The notes under the pieces were generated by a model, which saw nothing but the letters and a program-made list of their open reading frames with translations, did no database searches and was not told the origin of the DNA. A stretch of DNA of 64,000 nt. Source: Takakia lepidozioides. Lineage: Eukaryota > Plantae > Bryophyta. The stretch covers positions 37,758,001 through 37,822,000 of the forward strand of contig CM060734.1 of NCBI GenBank assembly GCA_030704615.1, read 5' to 3'. Below, piece by piece: positions 13,000 to 24,659 of this stretch (the first letter of the stretch is position 1; each line of letters opens with the position of its first letter). The position numbers and the translations under genes are program-made.

Positions 13000-14184
13000 A
13001 CAGGAACTTGGGAAGTGGCGCATGGTCAGGAGGCTCTTGCGTATTGCGAGTTTGAAAGTTGGGCCCTAGGCTAAAGGCTGGCCTGCTGGGTTCTGTGGCG
13101 TGGCACCCCCACGCACACCCTTGTCCCTGAATCGCCCACGCTATCCCCGCGCACCTCACCTCCTGTTGGCAGGAAGGGGCAAGGTCTCCGCTAAGATGCT
13201 GATAGGCACGCGCTTGGTCACGTTGACTTGGATTCAGGGACGTATTTTGTGCACTGAATACGGCGCTCCGGTTCAGTGCACGGAACGATCAGTGCCCACT
13301 TTTCATGGGATATAGGGTTCAATGCATGGGTGGGGACGTTTTCCCACCCACCATACCCTTATATTCCGTTGGCGTGCTGGGTTCAGTGTAGGGTGAGGAA
13401 ATTCTGCTCAAGAAGATCCCTAGAAACACTAAGGGAAAAAGCTGGAAAATCTTTAGCAGGCATGAGTGGAAGGATGGGCTGACCTAAAAATACCCTTTAC
13501 ACGTAGATGCCTACCTGGTCCTATACAGTGCCTTTATAAGTTTTAAGGACACTTGATGAGTGCTTAATGTAGGAGAGGACGGATCTGACGCTTTTCACGG
13601 TCAGGATCGCGTCTGAAGGCGCAGATGTGAGGCTCTAAATTGTAATCGGCTCGCTTGTCTGCAGTCATTGCGCATCATCCAGGGCTCCCCAGTATATCCG
13701 GTCATCCCTTTCCACTCTGACTTTACTTCATCCACTAATCAGGAGTTTTGGGGAAGATTAGGGGCCCTGCAGTAAAGGTTGCAGACTTGAATGGTCATTT
13801 TACAAAGTCAAGCGGGCGGTCATGTATATATTATATACATATTTATGTATAATACCAAGGGTATCAATCTCCTTACCACTATGTACCCCCAACTCATTTA
13901 CCCAGTTTGGGAAGGTCAGGCAACCCGACACTGTGGGAAGAGCCAATCAGTGGGGCCGTAGGAGGTGGTAGCATAGAAGTAGGAAGGGGCAATGGGAGGT
14001 AGACACCTGGATGGTTTTCTTTTAAATTTAAAAAAAAAATACGGCTTGGGATGGGTGGTGGGCCCTCCTTTCTAGATCTTTCCAGAATCAGCGGATGAGG
14101 CGGTGGGCCCCTTTCTATATAAGGAGGGTAAGGGGGGTTTATTAGGATTAAGGCACCAAAAATAGACCAAAAACTGATTGGCGG

Positions 14185-14865
14185 GGAGGAGGAACAGGGA
14201 GCGAGGACAAGGGACCGGGACTAAGAACAAGGAGGGGAAAGAGGAGCGGACAATGAACAGGGATGTGATTAAAGATTAGGCGATCTATTAGTTGCATTTC
14301 CAAGAATTGAACTTCAAACTTTGTCTTTGGTGCACACATCACAAAGCCACCGCACTACCCTCGATATTTTTGTCAGATTATAAAGTTTTTAATAGTTTAT
14401 TCTACAATACAGGCTCGTAGGTGCAGCATGGGGTGAGGATTTAACAGCGCACCCGCTGGAACGTCCACCCTGTGGAGAAGATTACGCTTACCCTAACGAG
14501 TTGAATGCAAGCGTTGGAGCCCTGCGGGTACAGTCACCGGGGATTGCCGTTCCAGCTAGGCACGCTGTCAAATCCCTATCCCCCTTGCTCCCCTCTCACC
14601 TGCGAGTCCATTGTAGAGTAAACGATTAAAAAATCAAAGTTATGACAAGAAGATGATATGTTATACAGTGACAAGGTCTGAGGTTCAATTCGTGGTCGTC
14701 AAAGTACATTGAGTGATAGGTAATACATGTGACTAATTAGTTAACTTTTTCATCTCCAAAATAATTCTCTTAAGTCCAAGATCCTGCTCCGCGCCCTGCT
14801 CCTCTATCCCCTCCTTGTTGCCAGTCCCCTATCCCTTGTCCTCGCTCCCCTGCTCTCAGTCCCCG
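14185..14865. repeat. Imperfect ~65-bp inverted repeat pair (~14185-14250 and ~14795-14865)
   Basis: gggagcgaggacaaggga..ggact..aacaaggagggga.agaggagc, with its reverse complement downstream. Confidence 0.6.
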
Positions 14866-15167
14866 CTCCCCTCCTCGCCCTGTGGAACGTCCCGCCTGGC
14901 TCCCCTGTCCCACTATGGGGAGCAGCGATCAGAGAGCGGAACAGGGGAGCAAAATTAGAGAATGTTTAGGAACATGGTCCTAAAGGTGGGGAGCATGAGG
15001 AGGGAACAAGAGGTGTGGAGCGCTCCCCACCTTCCCAATGGGGATGAGATTTGACTGGTAGCCTGCAGAAAGCTCCCCCCCCCCCCCTCCGGTCAGCGGC
15101 CCCACCACCTCACACGCTTGCCTTAAACTCGTTGGACAAGCGTAGTCCTCACCTATATATTGCTCAA

Positions 15168-15240
15168 GAGGGGATAGCTCAGTTGGGAGAGCCTCAGACT
15201 GAAGATCTGAAGGTCGCGTGTTCGATCCACGCTCACCGCA
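15168..15240 (+). tRNA. tRNA-Phe(GAA), possibly a pseudogene
   Basis: 73 nt matching plant cytosolic tRNA-Phe as recalled, except C2>A (acceptor-stem mismatch) and G26>C; A and B boxes intact; TTTT at 15277-15280. Confidence 0.92.
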
Positions 15241-16519
15241 TACTCCAGCGGTAGAGTACTTCTGGGTACTTCCAGGTTTTCGCCGTATGTGCTACCACCT
15301 TTTTGCTTTTCGCCGTAGGTGTGGTGTTCTTGTTAGTTTGGAGACACTGAAGTGGAAGGAAGGCTTCATTTTTGCTGGCTTCACTGCTTCCATGGATGAC
15401 GGCAGCAGCCATGGCGGAGCTTGTGGTGGACAAATCTCTGGTGGTGCAATTGTAGTTGGGCAGATTCCAAGGTGTGAAGAGATCAGAAGTTATCCTACAG
15501 AGGAACGGGATGGAGATGCTGGGAATGAAGACATGGAGAGTGGCCCCCTCATTGATAGAGATGATTGCTCAGGTATTTAATGTCATGTTGATTTCCCCTA
15601 TGTTGTGTCACTCTTTTCCTACCACTGATGGCCACCAAAAAGTCATGCAATGTCTCCACATAACAGTTGGAGCTGGTTCTCAGCTTAACTCCTTTCGCAT
15701 CAGATGTTAAATTGCTATGTTTCCTGGAATTCGCTTGGATACTTTGTACTCTCATCGGACATATCCGTTTTTCACTAGACATTCTTCTTTCTTGCTGCTA
15801 CAGTCTCTTTTGCCACAGAAAGATAATTTATGAGAAAAGTGGTGTACAATGCTGTGGAAGAAATGGCTACCACAAGATAATTATGAATGCGTTGTAATTC
15901 TCGCAGAAAGCTTGTGGGCAAAGTAAGACACAAGTGAGGCATATAAGACTGTCTTAACAGTGTGAATATTTCTGTGATTGTTCCTTCATCTTTCATCGTT
16001 GTTGCTATCCAAGAATGACTATGATAATTAATACATCAGATAACAGTATGTTTTAGTGTACAATATTGGTTTATTCGATTTTTGGAAATCCACGTTCACT
16101 TCAAGCGCCTTAGCCCCCAAGCCACATTCATGAATTTCTCACCTTAACCAACTTCCTTTGAGAATTCACTGTGCTTAAAATCACAGAAAAAAGTCACTTA
16201 AGCAAGGTCAAGTTCTGATTGCCTGGTGACAGTTGTAGTGTTAAAAAGTATGTCATCATATTGGCAGCACAACCGTGTTCCAAGATCAAGGGACCCTTCA
16301 TCAAGTTAGCAAGGGAGGGTGTTGGATGTTGAGACAGCAGGACATATGAGCAAGGAGGAGGAGCCTTTGAAGCCATGGTTTGTTGGCCCAATCCTGGTGT
16401 GTGCTGTAGTGGCTATTTCTTCTGCTGGAGCTGTATGTCACTCACATTCAACCTTGAAGTTTTCCGTGTAACTTTTTGATTATGAAACTGTATGTGCTAT
16501 TTGTGAAATAATGAAAAGA

Positions 16520-19500
16520 TTGTACTCATAAGACGTTGTTTGCCGTAGCCTTGTGGCCATTGACCCCGCGCCCAGTTTGAGCGGGAACAAAAGGGACAGA
16601 ACCTACCTCTGTCAGGGGCTGACGTTGGTAGTAAGACTTACCTCCATATAAAGAATTAATCCGGGTTTTCCAGATATCCTCTAGAAATCCCTTCACACAA
16701 GCATCAATCTGCTGTGTGTGATTTGCCCAAAAGCCAGGCCTCAGGAGGGCCTGGGCTTTTGGCTCAGCCTCGAGACTTTCAAAGTTGGTAAACAGGGGTA
16801 CAGGCACAATTCCCTTAATAGATTTGAAGAGAGCGTCTCTTTGGTGAGAGAACCCCGGACAGTGTATCAGAAAATGAATACTGTGTTCAGATTGCCCACA
16901 CAACGGGCAATTGCACTCTCCCTTTCCTCTCTGCTTCTGTTTGCTGTTCAAAGGTAGGCTTCCTGCCCTGAGTTTAAATTTCAGTCTAGTGCCGAGAGTG
17001 GGTAGACCCTTGAGGTCATCCAAGCTGTCCTCCCCCATGTCACAGACTGGAAACAAGTTCACGGAAGTTTTCTGCCTAACTTCATTTTCATCAGACAATC
17101 TCATGGCAACAGACATGGCTGAGGACACTACAGCCTCTAAGTCAGATTTATCCAGCAGGGTCAAGACTTGCGGATCCAGGTCCAGGTCCTTGAGGATCTC
17201 TTCTACTCTCTTCTGCCAGGACTTAGCCTGTTTGACACGGCGGTCCTGTTTCCAAGATATAGAGTCGATTAACTTAGGATATCTGGTGTTGGGCATATGT
17301 TGCAGCTGACCCCACCATCTGACCTTGAGTTCATCTCGTCGGGAGCTTAAGGACGGAATGCCAAACTCACCCCGAACAGCCACATTGGCTGTTTTGGAGC
17401 ATGCTGACATACACTCCTTAAGCACCCCCACTTGAATGGATTCTAGAGACTTAGCCTGGTTGGAGTTATCAACCCATATAGCAGATCCGTACTCCAAGGC
17501 AGGTCTAATAACGCGACAAAGCATGGTTTTCTTAACCTCAGAGTTGACCCCTCTGCAGTGGAAAAATTTAGTGAGCCCCAGAGCTTTGCCCTTGCCAGTT
17601 TGAACAACTTTCCGGATATGTGCATCCCAATTACAATTGGAGGAGAACTCAACGCCCAGGTAAGTGTAGGAAGGGAGGACCGGGATCTCTTGGCTACCCC
17701 ACTGCCACTTAAGATCACTTCCTCCCTCTCCTCTGTCGTTGAATGCTACCACTGCACATTTGTTGACTCTAGCCCCCAAAGATCAAAGTATCTCTTCGCG
17801 CAATCAATCAACTCCTGGAGATTGGTTGGAGTCTCCCCTATGCCTGCGAAGTCATCCGCAAACATAAGGGCTGGTATGGTGGTATCACCCACCCTTAACC
17901 CAAATCCCTCACTTTCCACATCCTCGAGGAGTTGATTGATGAAAACATTGAAGTTGGACTATGTCAAAGAAGTTGGACTTCTGTCCATTAACAGTGACAC
18001 AGCTTTTGGTGTGAGCATGCAAGTTGTGGACAACTCTCCACATCTTTCCCTTGATCCCACAAGACCAGAGGCGGAACCATAGGCCATCTCTCCACACTGT
18101 GTCATAAGCCTTTTTGACATCCAGGAAAAAGACATAAGTGGGTTTCCCTTCTTTTTTCCTTCCCTGGATAATCTGGCTTAGAGTGAAGATATGATCCACA
18201 CAGCCCCTGTTTCGCCGAAAGCCAGCTTGGCCTTCGTGGAAACAACCTCTAGACTCCAGATCAACCTCGAGACGAGTACTTATAACTCTGCAGAATGTCT
18301 TGCCAACAGCATTGAGGAGCGTGATGCCACGGTAGTTCCCCGGTTCTTCTCTGTCACCCTTCTTGTATAGATTGACAATGACCCCCTGTCGCCAGCGAAA
18401 GGGGATCATTTCAGTCTTCCAGATAAGGTTAAAGAGGAGAACTAGGGCCTCTATCATGGGATCGCCACCATGCTTGATAAGCTCGTTGACAATACCATCA
18501 GGTCCACCAGCTTTATATCCATTTAAATGTTCAATTGCATCCACAATCTCAGAAGAACTAATGGGAGCATTATAAGCCATTGAAATATACTCCAGTTCAT
18601 CAGGGCTGTTTTGAATCATAGGAACAGTTTTTCCAACTGTGTCCCTCCATTCAGCAGAAGACCCCTCACTGTTAGACCTAGAAGTTCTGCAAGGATACTG
18701 TAGTGAGTTTCAAAGGTTTTGACAATGTCAACCGATGAAGTCACCACTGCACCTTTAGTAGTCTTCAGCGCTTGTACTTGCTGACCATTTTTCAGCTTGT
18801 ACAAACGTTGAAGGGCCAACCAGAATTTCTTGTCATTACCACCATGGTGGTTTGAGTTTATTTCACTGTATAACTTGTCCCAGTATAATTTCTTCTGAGA
18901 CCTAACAAGCTGATTGATATCTTTACGGAGCTGGTAGTACCTCGCCCACAATTCTCTGTTGGTTTCCAAATTGCAGCACTCTTTATAGAGGGCTCGTCTC
19001 CTATCTTGAGTTTAATCTCATTAGTCCACCAATTAACTGCTCTACCGCAGACAATTAGTTTCCTCCCAATGATCTTGTCAGCCACGGAGGAAACGAGACT
19101 CTACTTCTCAGGGTTGACCAACCAAAGGAAACAACTTGAAGTGGGACAAGTTCTTCGGACTAATGATATTCATATCTGTGCTGGGCAAGAAACATGGGAA
19201 ACGTCGGATAAACTGGTTGGAGATGTCATTGGTTATAAATGGGCAGGTAAGATGTGTACTCTCAAGGCAGCCTCTGCCAAACGCTGTCAAAAAGGGGTCG
19301 GATTCTTTGTCCGTGATTTCTTGTTTGACAATTGTGAAATTATCAACAAGGGTTGAGGTACGAGCATGGCTAAAACTGAATTTGAAGGGCGGCATGAGTA
19401 CAAAGGACCTCTTTGTTGGTTGTGTTTACATGCCCACAGAGGGGACCCTTAGTGCTGACGCAGACAAGGCCTTCGAAGATGTAAAGCTGGACTGTGCTTC

Positions 19501-20055
19501 GTTCCTTGCCAAAGGTCAGGTGGTACTATTGGGGGACTTCAATGCCCGGGTGGGCAAAGGGATCCATCAGGACGAAATCATTGGACCTTTTGGTGAGGAC
19601 GAGCTGAATTCTAATGGCAGACGGTTAATTAACTGTCTAGAAGAGCTTCAGCTTTTGACCTTGAATAACAGGACAAGAGGTGACCAGTGCAGTGGACTCG
19701 TGAGAAATCCAAACTGGGGAACGTTCCATTGTGGACTATATCATAATGGACAAAATTTTGTTCCCCCAGTGTGCCAATGTGTTGATCGACAGAACTGATA
19801 CTGGTACCTCTGACCACTTCCTGGTTTGGACTGAGTCAAAAGGTGTTTTCCCACCACCAAGAGAATCTGTGAAACGTTCGATTCGGAAGTGGCGCATAGA
19901 AAAATTCCACAATGAGGGAGGTCAAGGCTGAGTACTTCCAGGCCTGCAAGAGGCTCTCCCCTCATTTTGTCCAATCGCTCCAAGAACTTCAGTCACGCTC
20001 TGTTAACGCAAGAAATGAAGTCGAAAGGGCAGGGGACTCTTGGGTGGCCAGCTGG
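16520..20055 (-). mobile_element. LINE (APE-RT-CCHC, RTE-X-like), 5'-truncated with an inverted 5' segment: RT part on - (16520-19102), endonuclease part on + (19103-20055)
   Basis: RT motifs NYRGITLL, QAGFR, FLDVKKAYDTV, LMFADD, YLGV and CPLC..H...HC; APE motifs GQETW, VYMP, GDFNARVG and SDH. Confidence 0.93.
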
Positions 20056-20129
20056 CAATCCAGCCCTTTTGCGTGTGAATTGTTTGTCGTCTAGGTAGCT
20101 TGTGATTGCTCCGGGAGGCCAACCATTCT

Positions 20130-20480
20130 GCAAAGGGGGGACAGTTTACCCCATGTGTAGATTTGCTCGTCTTGTGTAAATTGAGAATTGGTAAACAGTC
20201 CGGGTACCAAATCTTTCAGTTACACGACGCACAGCCCGCACACATAGGGGCAGATTGTCCGTCAGACTGCTTGGGGACAATTACCCCGTGTATAGTTTTG
20301 CTCATCTTGTGGTAGACTTTGAGGATTGGTAAACATTTAGAGTACAAATCCTTCATTACAACGACGTGTCAGGCTCTGCACACTTAGGACAGATTGTCCA
20401 TCTGACGGCTTGGGGACATTACCACCCCCGTGTAAATAGAATTTGTTCGTCTTTTGTAAACCTTGAGGATTGTAAACATT
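20130..20480. repeat. Degenerate ~130-bp tandem repeat (2-3 copies)
   Basis: cagattgtcc.tc.gac.gcttggggaca.tt at ~20251 and ~20390, with a related ggggacagtttacccc at ~20137. Confidence 0.6.
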
Positions 20481-23400
20481 CAGATTACTCAAATCCTTCA
20501 GATTCAGGACGTTCAGGTTCCGTACACTTAGGTGCATCTTGTCCTTCTGCGGTTTGGATCAACCTCATCCAGCAGCAAACCGATTAGAAAACTCTCAGTT
20601 GAAGTTGTTGGCCTTGGGTGTGTCACTCCTAGAGCGCCCCATTGAATCACACCAATGTCTAAGAACCGCTCTCCAGCCAGTCAAGGGACAACTTCTTTGA
20701 GATTGAATTTGATGTCGGGCTCTTTAAAAGCAACTTTTGGTCATTGCAAACCTTCAACGTACCCCTGTTTATCAAGTCTCAGAGAATGGTACCATTAAGC
20801 CATGAAATCCAAGCCTAAGCTAGAGCATGTGTTTTAAAACAAAAAAAGTTTTTTAAAAAGGACACATTCATCCATCCTGGTCCACACCTCACGCCCAAAA
20901 CCTACACATGAAGCCTAGATTGGCATAGTAACCAATTCCAGGGATACCCTGAGGAGTGTTGATGTTGAATAGGAGCTAAATTTTGATTGTTTCGCAAAGG
21001 CCATAAGTTTAAGCACAGGACCAAACCCGAGCCCAAGTGCCCAGTATGCTAGACAAGGCAATACGAACTGCCCAATTGGGCGGAGGGGGCTGCCCCCAAG
21101 CGGTAAAGGAGTCCGCTTGTTTACCATTCAGAGATCACACTCCAGGGAGTTGCAGGATGGCCCGTGTAGGCCTATTCAAAGAGGAAAGGCCCCAAGCTTT
21201 CCAAATGAAATCCCAATGCACTACCTTACCTTAAGCAAAGTGCTTCAGGTCGAAACAACAATGACAAAAACGAGGTCCACAAGGCGGCCATTTAGTCACA
21301 GAGACATTAATGTACTCCCGTTTCAGTCCACCCAATTCAATAGGTTCCTAGAGACAGGGAGAGGGAAATATGAAATAATGAAAAGAGAGAGAGAGAGAGA
21401 GAGACCATGTCATTTGTAACCTTAGTCTTGTAGTAAAATAAAGAGGAGCTAGATGGAGAGTCTTATCAGCTTTTGGCCACTATAGGCCCCACACCACCAT
21501 TTGGACTTTACTGAAAAGTGGAACATAGAATGCAGAAAGGGGCTGACCACTATGGCAATATGCTTGCTCTAGTAGTGGGATGTACCTTCAAAAATGAAGT
21601 TACCCAAAGAAAGGAACTGGACCTTGTGGGTGGGGCAGCTGGGAGTGAAGCAATGTGCTCTTGAGTCAAAGGTCTCCCTTGGATAGTGAATTCTTTTTTT
21701 CTTCTGGGAGTTTCCTGAACTGGTGGTGCTTGTTCTGATCTTGCTTCCGGTAACAAAGATGATGGTGGAGGCGGCACCAGTATCGAATGCTGGGTGGCGT
21801 CTTCAGGTCACCTCTTTGATTTTACTGCCTGGATTCATATGGCAGTGGTGGTTTCTGCCAGTATTAACACGCCAGCGAGCATTATCATCAGTGAATGTCA
21901 CCATAGTTGTACTTAGTGCTTCAGCTCTTGCTCTTGATTTTGGTCTCTGGGTGAGTGTTCTCTATTTCATGAGTGTTGACAATATTTGTTGTCTTCTCCT
22001 CCTTGAACTGTACGAGTGCTTTGGCAGCTTGAGCAATGATGCTGCTTGATTCTATTGACCTTCCAAGCTGGTGAATGCAGGTTTGGTCGCTTGACCACAC
22101 ATCATTGCCCCACAGTTTGTTGTTTATTTCGACCCCTCCAATAATTATGGCAGTTCAAGCTTTTGTCCAGGGGCAGCCATTATCCAAGGAGAGTTGGGTG
22201 GAGTAGTCCTGGGAATGGGAGGGATGGGAATAGTAGCAGCAGGCTCCTCTGTTGAGAATGATAATGAAGTTACAAGGTTGGGTGATTTTGCTTCATTTCT
22301 TGCGGCTGCTGCAATTGTAGTACACATTTATGCCGGGCGCCATCTTAGAGGTAAATTGCAGGCCCAAGCTTTGACATCGCTTTGCCATAAATGAGATCTA
22401 CCAGTCTGAACACATCAGTAGTATCTTGAATGACTCTTTGCATTTCATCTGAAGTTCACATGCTTCAGGTATGGGGAGGGTACCCACTTTCGTTCACAAA
22501 TGAACCAATACTGCCTTTTGCAATTACTTATCATATTTTCAAGAGGGACCAGAAGTTGGCAGCTCTTGGATCTTGCTAAATGTAGGGCTTCATGTAGTTA
22601 TGATTTGGACTGAAGTTTAGTGGATTTCTGTCTATTAGATGTATTAATTTAGGTGGTACTTGCCTCAAGAATTGTCAACAATGACCATTTTCTGGGGGTT
22701 AGTCTGGCTCCATCAATCTCTTTAATGCTGCAATGGATCTTCTCCTCATCTTTTCCCAGACTTGCTGGTTAAATTACCTTGTCTGTGGATGTTATGAAGT
22801 TCCCTCCTTGCTTTTCATCTGTACAGCTGATGATATCTGCATGAGCAGGCTGGATGCCCCTATATGTGTATGCATTACCGGTGACAGCTGTTGCGGCTCT
22901 TCAATTGAGTCTAGCAGGCATGATCCTGGAGGGCATCTCACAATCTTCCACAGGACAAATCAGTGGCCCTTTTGCTTGGGTTAGAAAAGGTGAGGTTTGA
23001 TTGAACACTTGTAACTCAACTGACAATGGGAGTGAGATTGAGATTGCACAGTCCTAATGAACATTAGAAGGTGTAACGTCATAGATGATGCAAGGGATAT
23101 GAGCAATAGTAGTTGGACACTAGTTGGCTTTTTTAACTTTGCTTGGAGGCTTTGTGGGTGAGTGCAGAATTTTGGCTGCCTACCTTGTATTTGGCGATGG
23201 GCCCAGGTTTTGTGGGTCACACAGGGGTTAATGCACTCTTACGATACTCCACCCCACTGACAATTGCAATGGCCATCACTTTAGAGCCTCCTATTGGAAC
23301 CGTTGTTGGTTGGGCCCTTAATGTGACTCCCACGCCTGGGTAGGGAGAACTACACCTGGTCTTTCTGGTTTAATTATCCAATTGTTTGGACAACAACTGA

Positions 23401-24659
23401 AGGCAAGTAGAATGTCATCCACTAATGCATCAGGTCTGGTTGGGTCTTCTTTGCTCCTCTTGTCTGCTATTACAGCCATATGAATGTTTGTAACAAGAAG
23501 ATTTGCAGACTGAATTCAAGCAATAGCTGCGGCGTATTCAATTATTTATCTCAAATACTTTCCCAAGGTGATTTTAAAACAAGGAGAAACCTTAAGATCC
23601 TGCTTGTTTTCTGGCCTGTAGCATTTGGACATGTGTGGGTGGGGTGCTGCTGCTACTGGGAACAATGTGGGTGAACTATGCCAGCGAACAAAGAGAGGTG
23701 CCGCATGTGGATATACACAGCACTTCCTCTAATCTTACTGTCTATATCATTCCTCACTGTACTGCCTTTTATCTTCTTGCTGGCAGAATGTAAATGCCAG
23801 CCCTTAAATCATGAATCCCCAACCAAATTGTCAGTGGCTGAGCAGGGGTGTAATGGACTTATTTAGCTTGAGCTTCATGGAAGCTCCATGAACTGCTGCA
23901 GGACGGTCCATATGCAAGCAGAATTTGCCTTACCTTACTTCGTAAACTTTTCTATAGATTTACTTTTTCGTCTAGTGTATTTCAAATTGCTTTGCCTGGC
24001 AGAGGTGTGCATCAATGAAGCTAGTAGTTATTCCAGTGATACTGGTCTGGTCCATACTCTCATCGGTTAATCTAACAAGCATTGAGCCAGGTGAGCAAGG
24101 AGATGGAGTATTTGAGTCTTGGGGACGATGACGAAGATGCCGCTGATCTTCACAGCCAAAGCCACCAGGAAGACAACCCTAGGAAGGGAGATGAGCATAC
24201 AAATCTACTGCCAGCATCTTGAAGTGCTCCTGCAATGGTATAGCTCTACGAATCCCCCATTCACCAACATACTTTTCTCAGCACCTCAGCCACTAAAGAG
24301 TAGTCAAGTTAGCTGCTGAAACCCCTACTGAAGTCAATCTGGTTAAATAAGCATAAACAAAGAAAGCAAGCTGAAGTTTAGCACTCCAAATTGACAATGA
24401 AAGAGCTACTTACCTGATCTCTTGAATGTTGAATGTCTGTGGGTAGAGTCTCACAAAGAAACAACATTAAAAGAGAAACAACATTAAAAGAATGATTCAA
24501 GCACGTTGGGATTGGGTGCATGACAACATAGACTATCTTTCTATAGAGGGTAAGGATGGCCCAAGAGAGAGCACCAGTTGCAACTGTCTCTTCAAACGGT
24601 AGAACAAGACAGGCTAAATATCGTACTACACTCACGGCTCTTATGGCAAGCGCTTTGAG

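Larger units (their letters stand above)
15392..24221 (+). pseudogene. EamA/DMT-family membrane transporter, apparently disabled; LINE inserted in intron 2
   Basis: Exon peptides ILVCAVVAISSAGA, VTKMMVEAAPVSNAGWRLQ..LDFGLW, VWSLDHTSLPHSLLFISTPP, GDFASFLAAAAIVVHIYAGRHLR, GFVGHTGVNALLRY..LEPPIGTVVGW and GIWTCVGGVLLLLG. Lesions: frame break in exon 2, CCG instead of CAG acceptor at 21747-21749, 1-nt frameshift near 22186. Confidence 0.78.
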
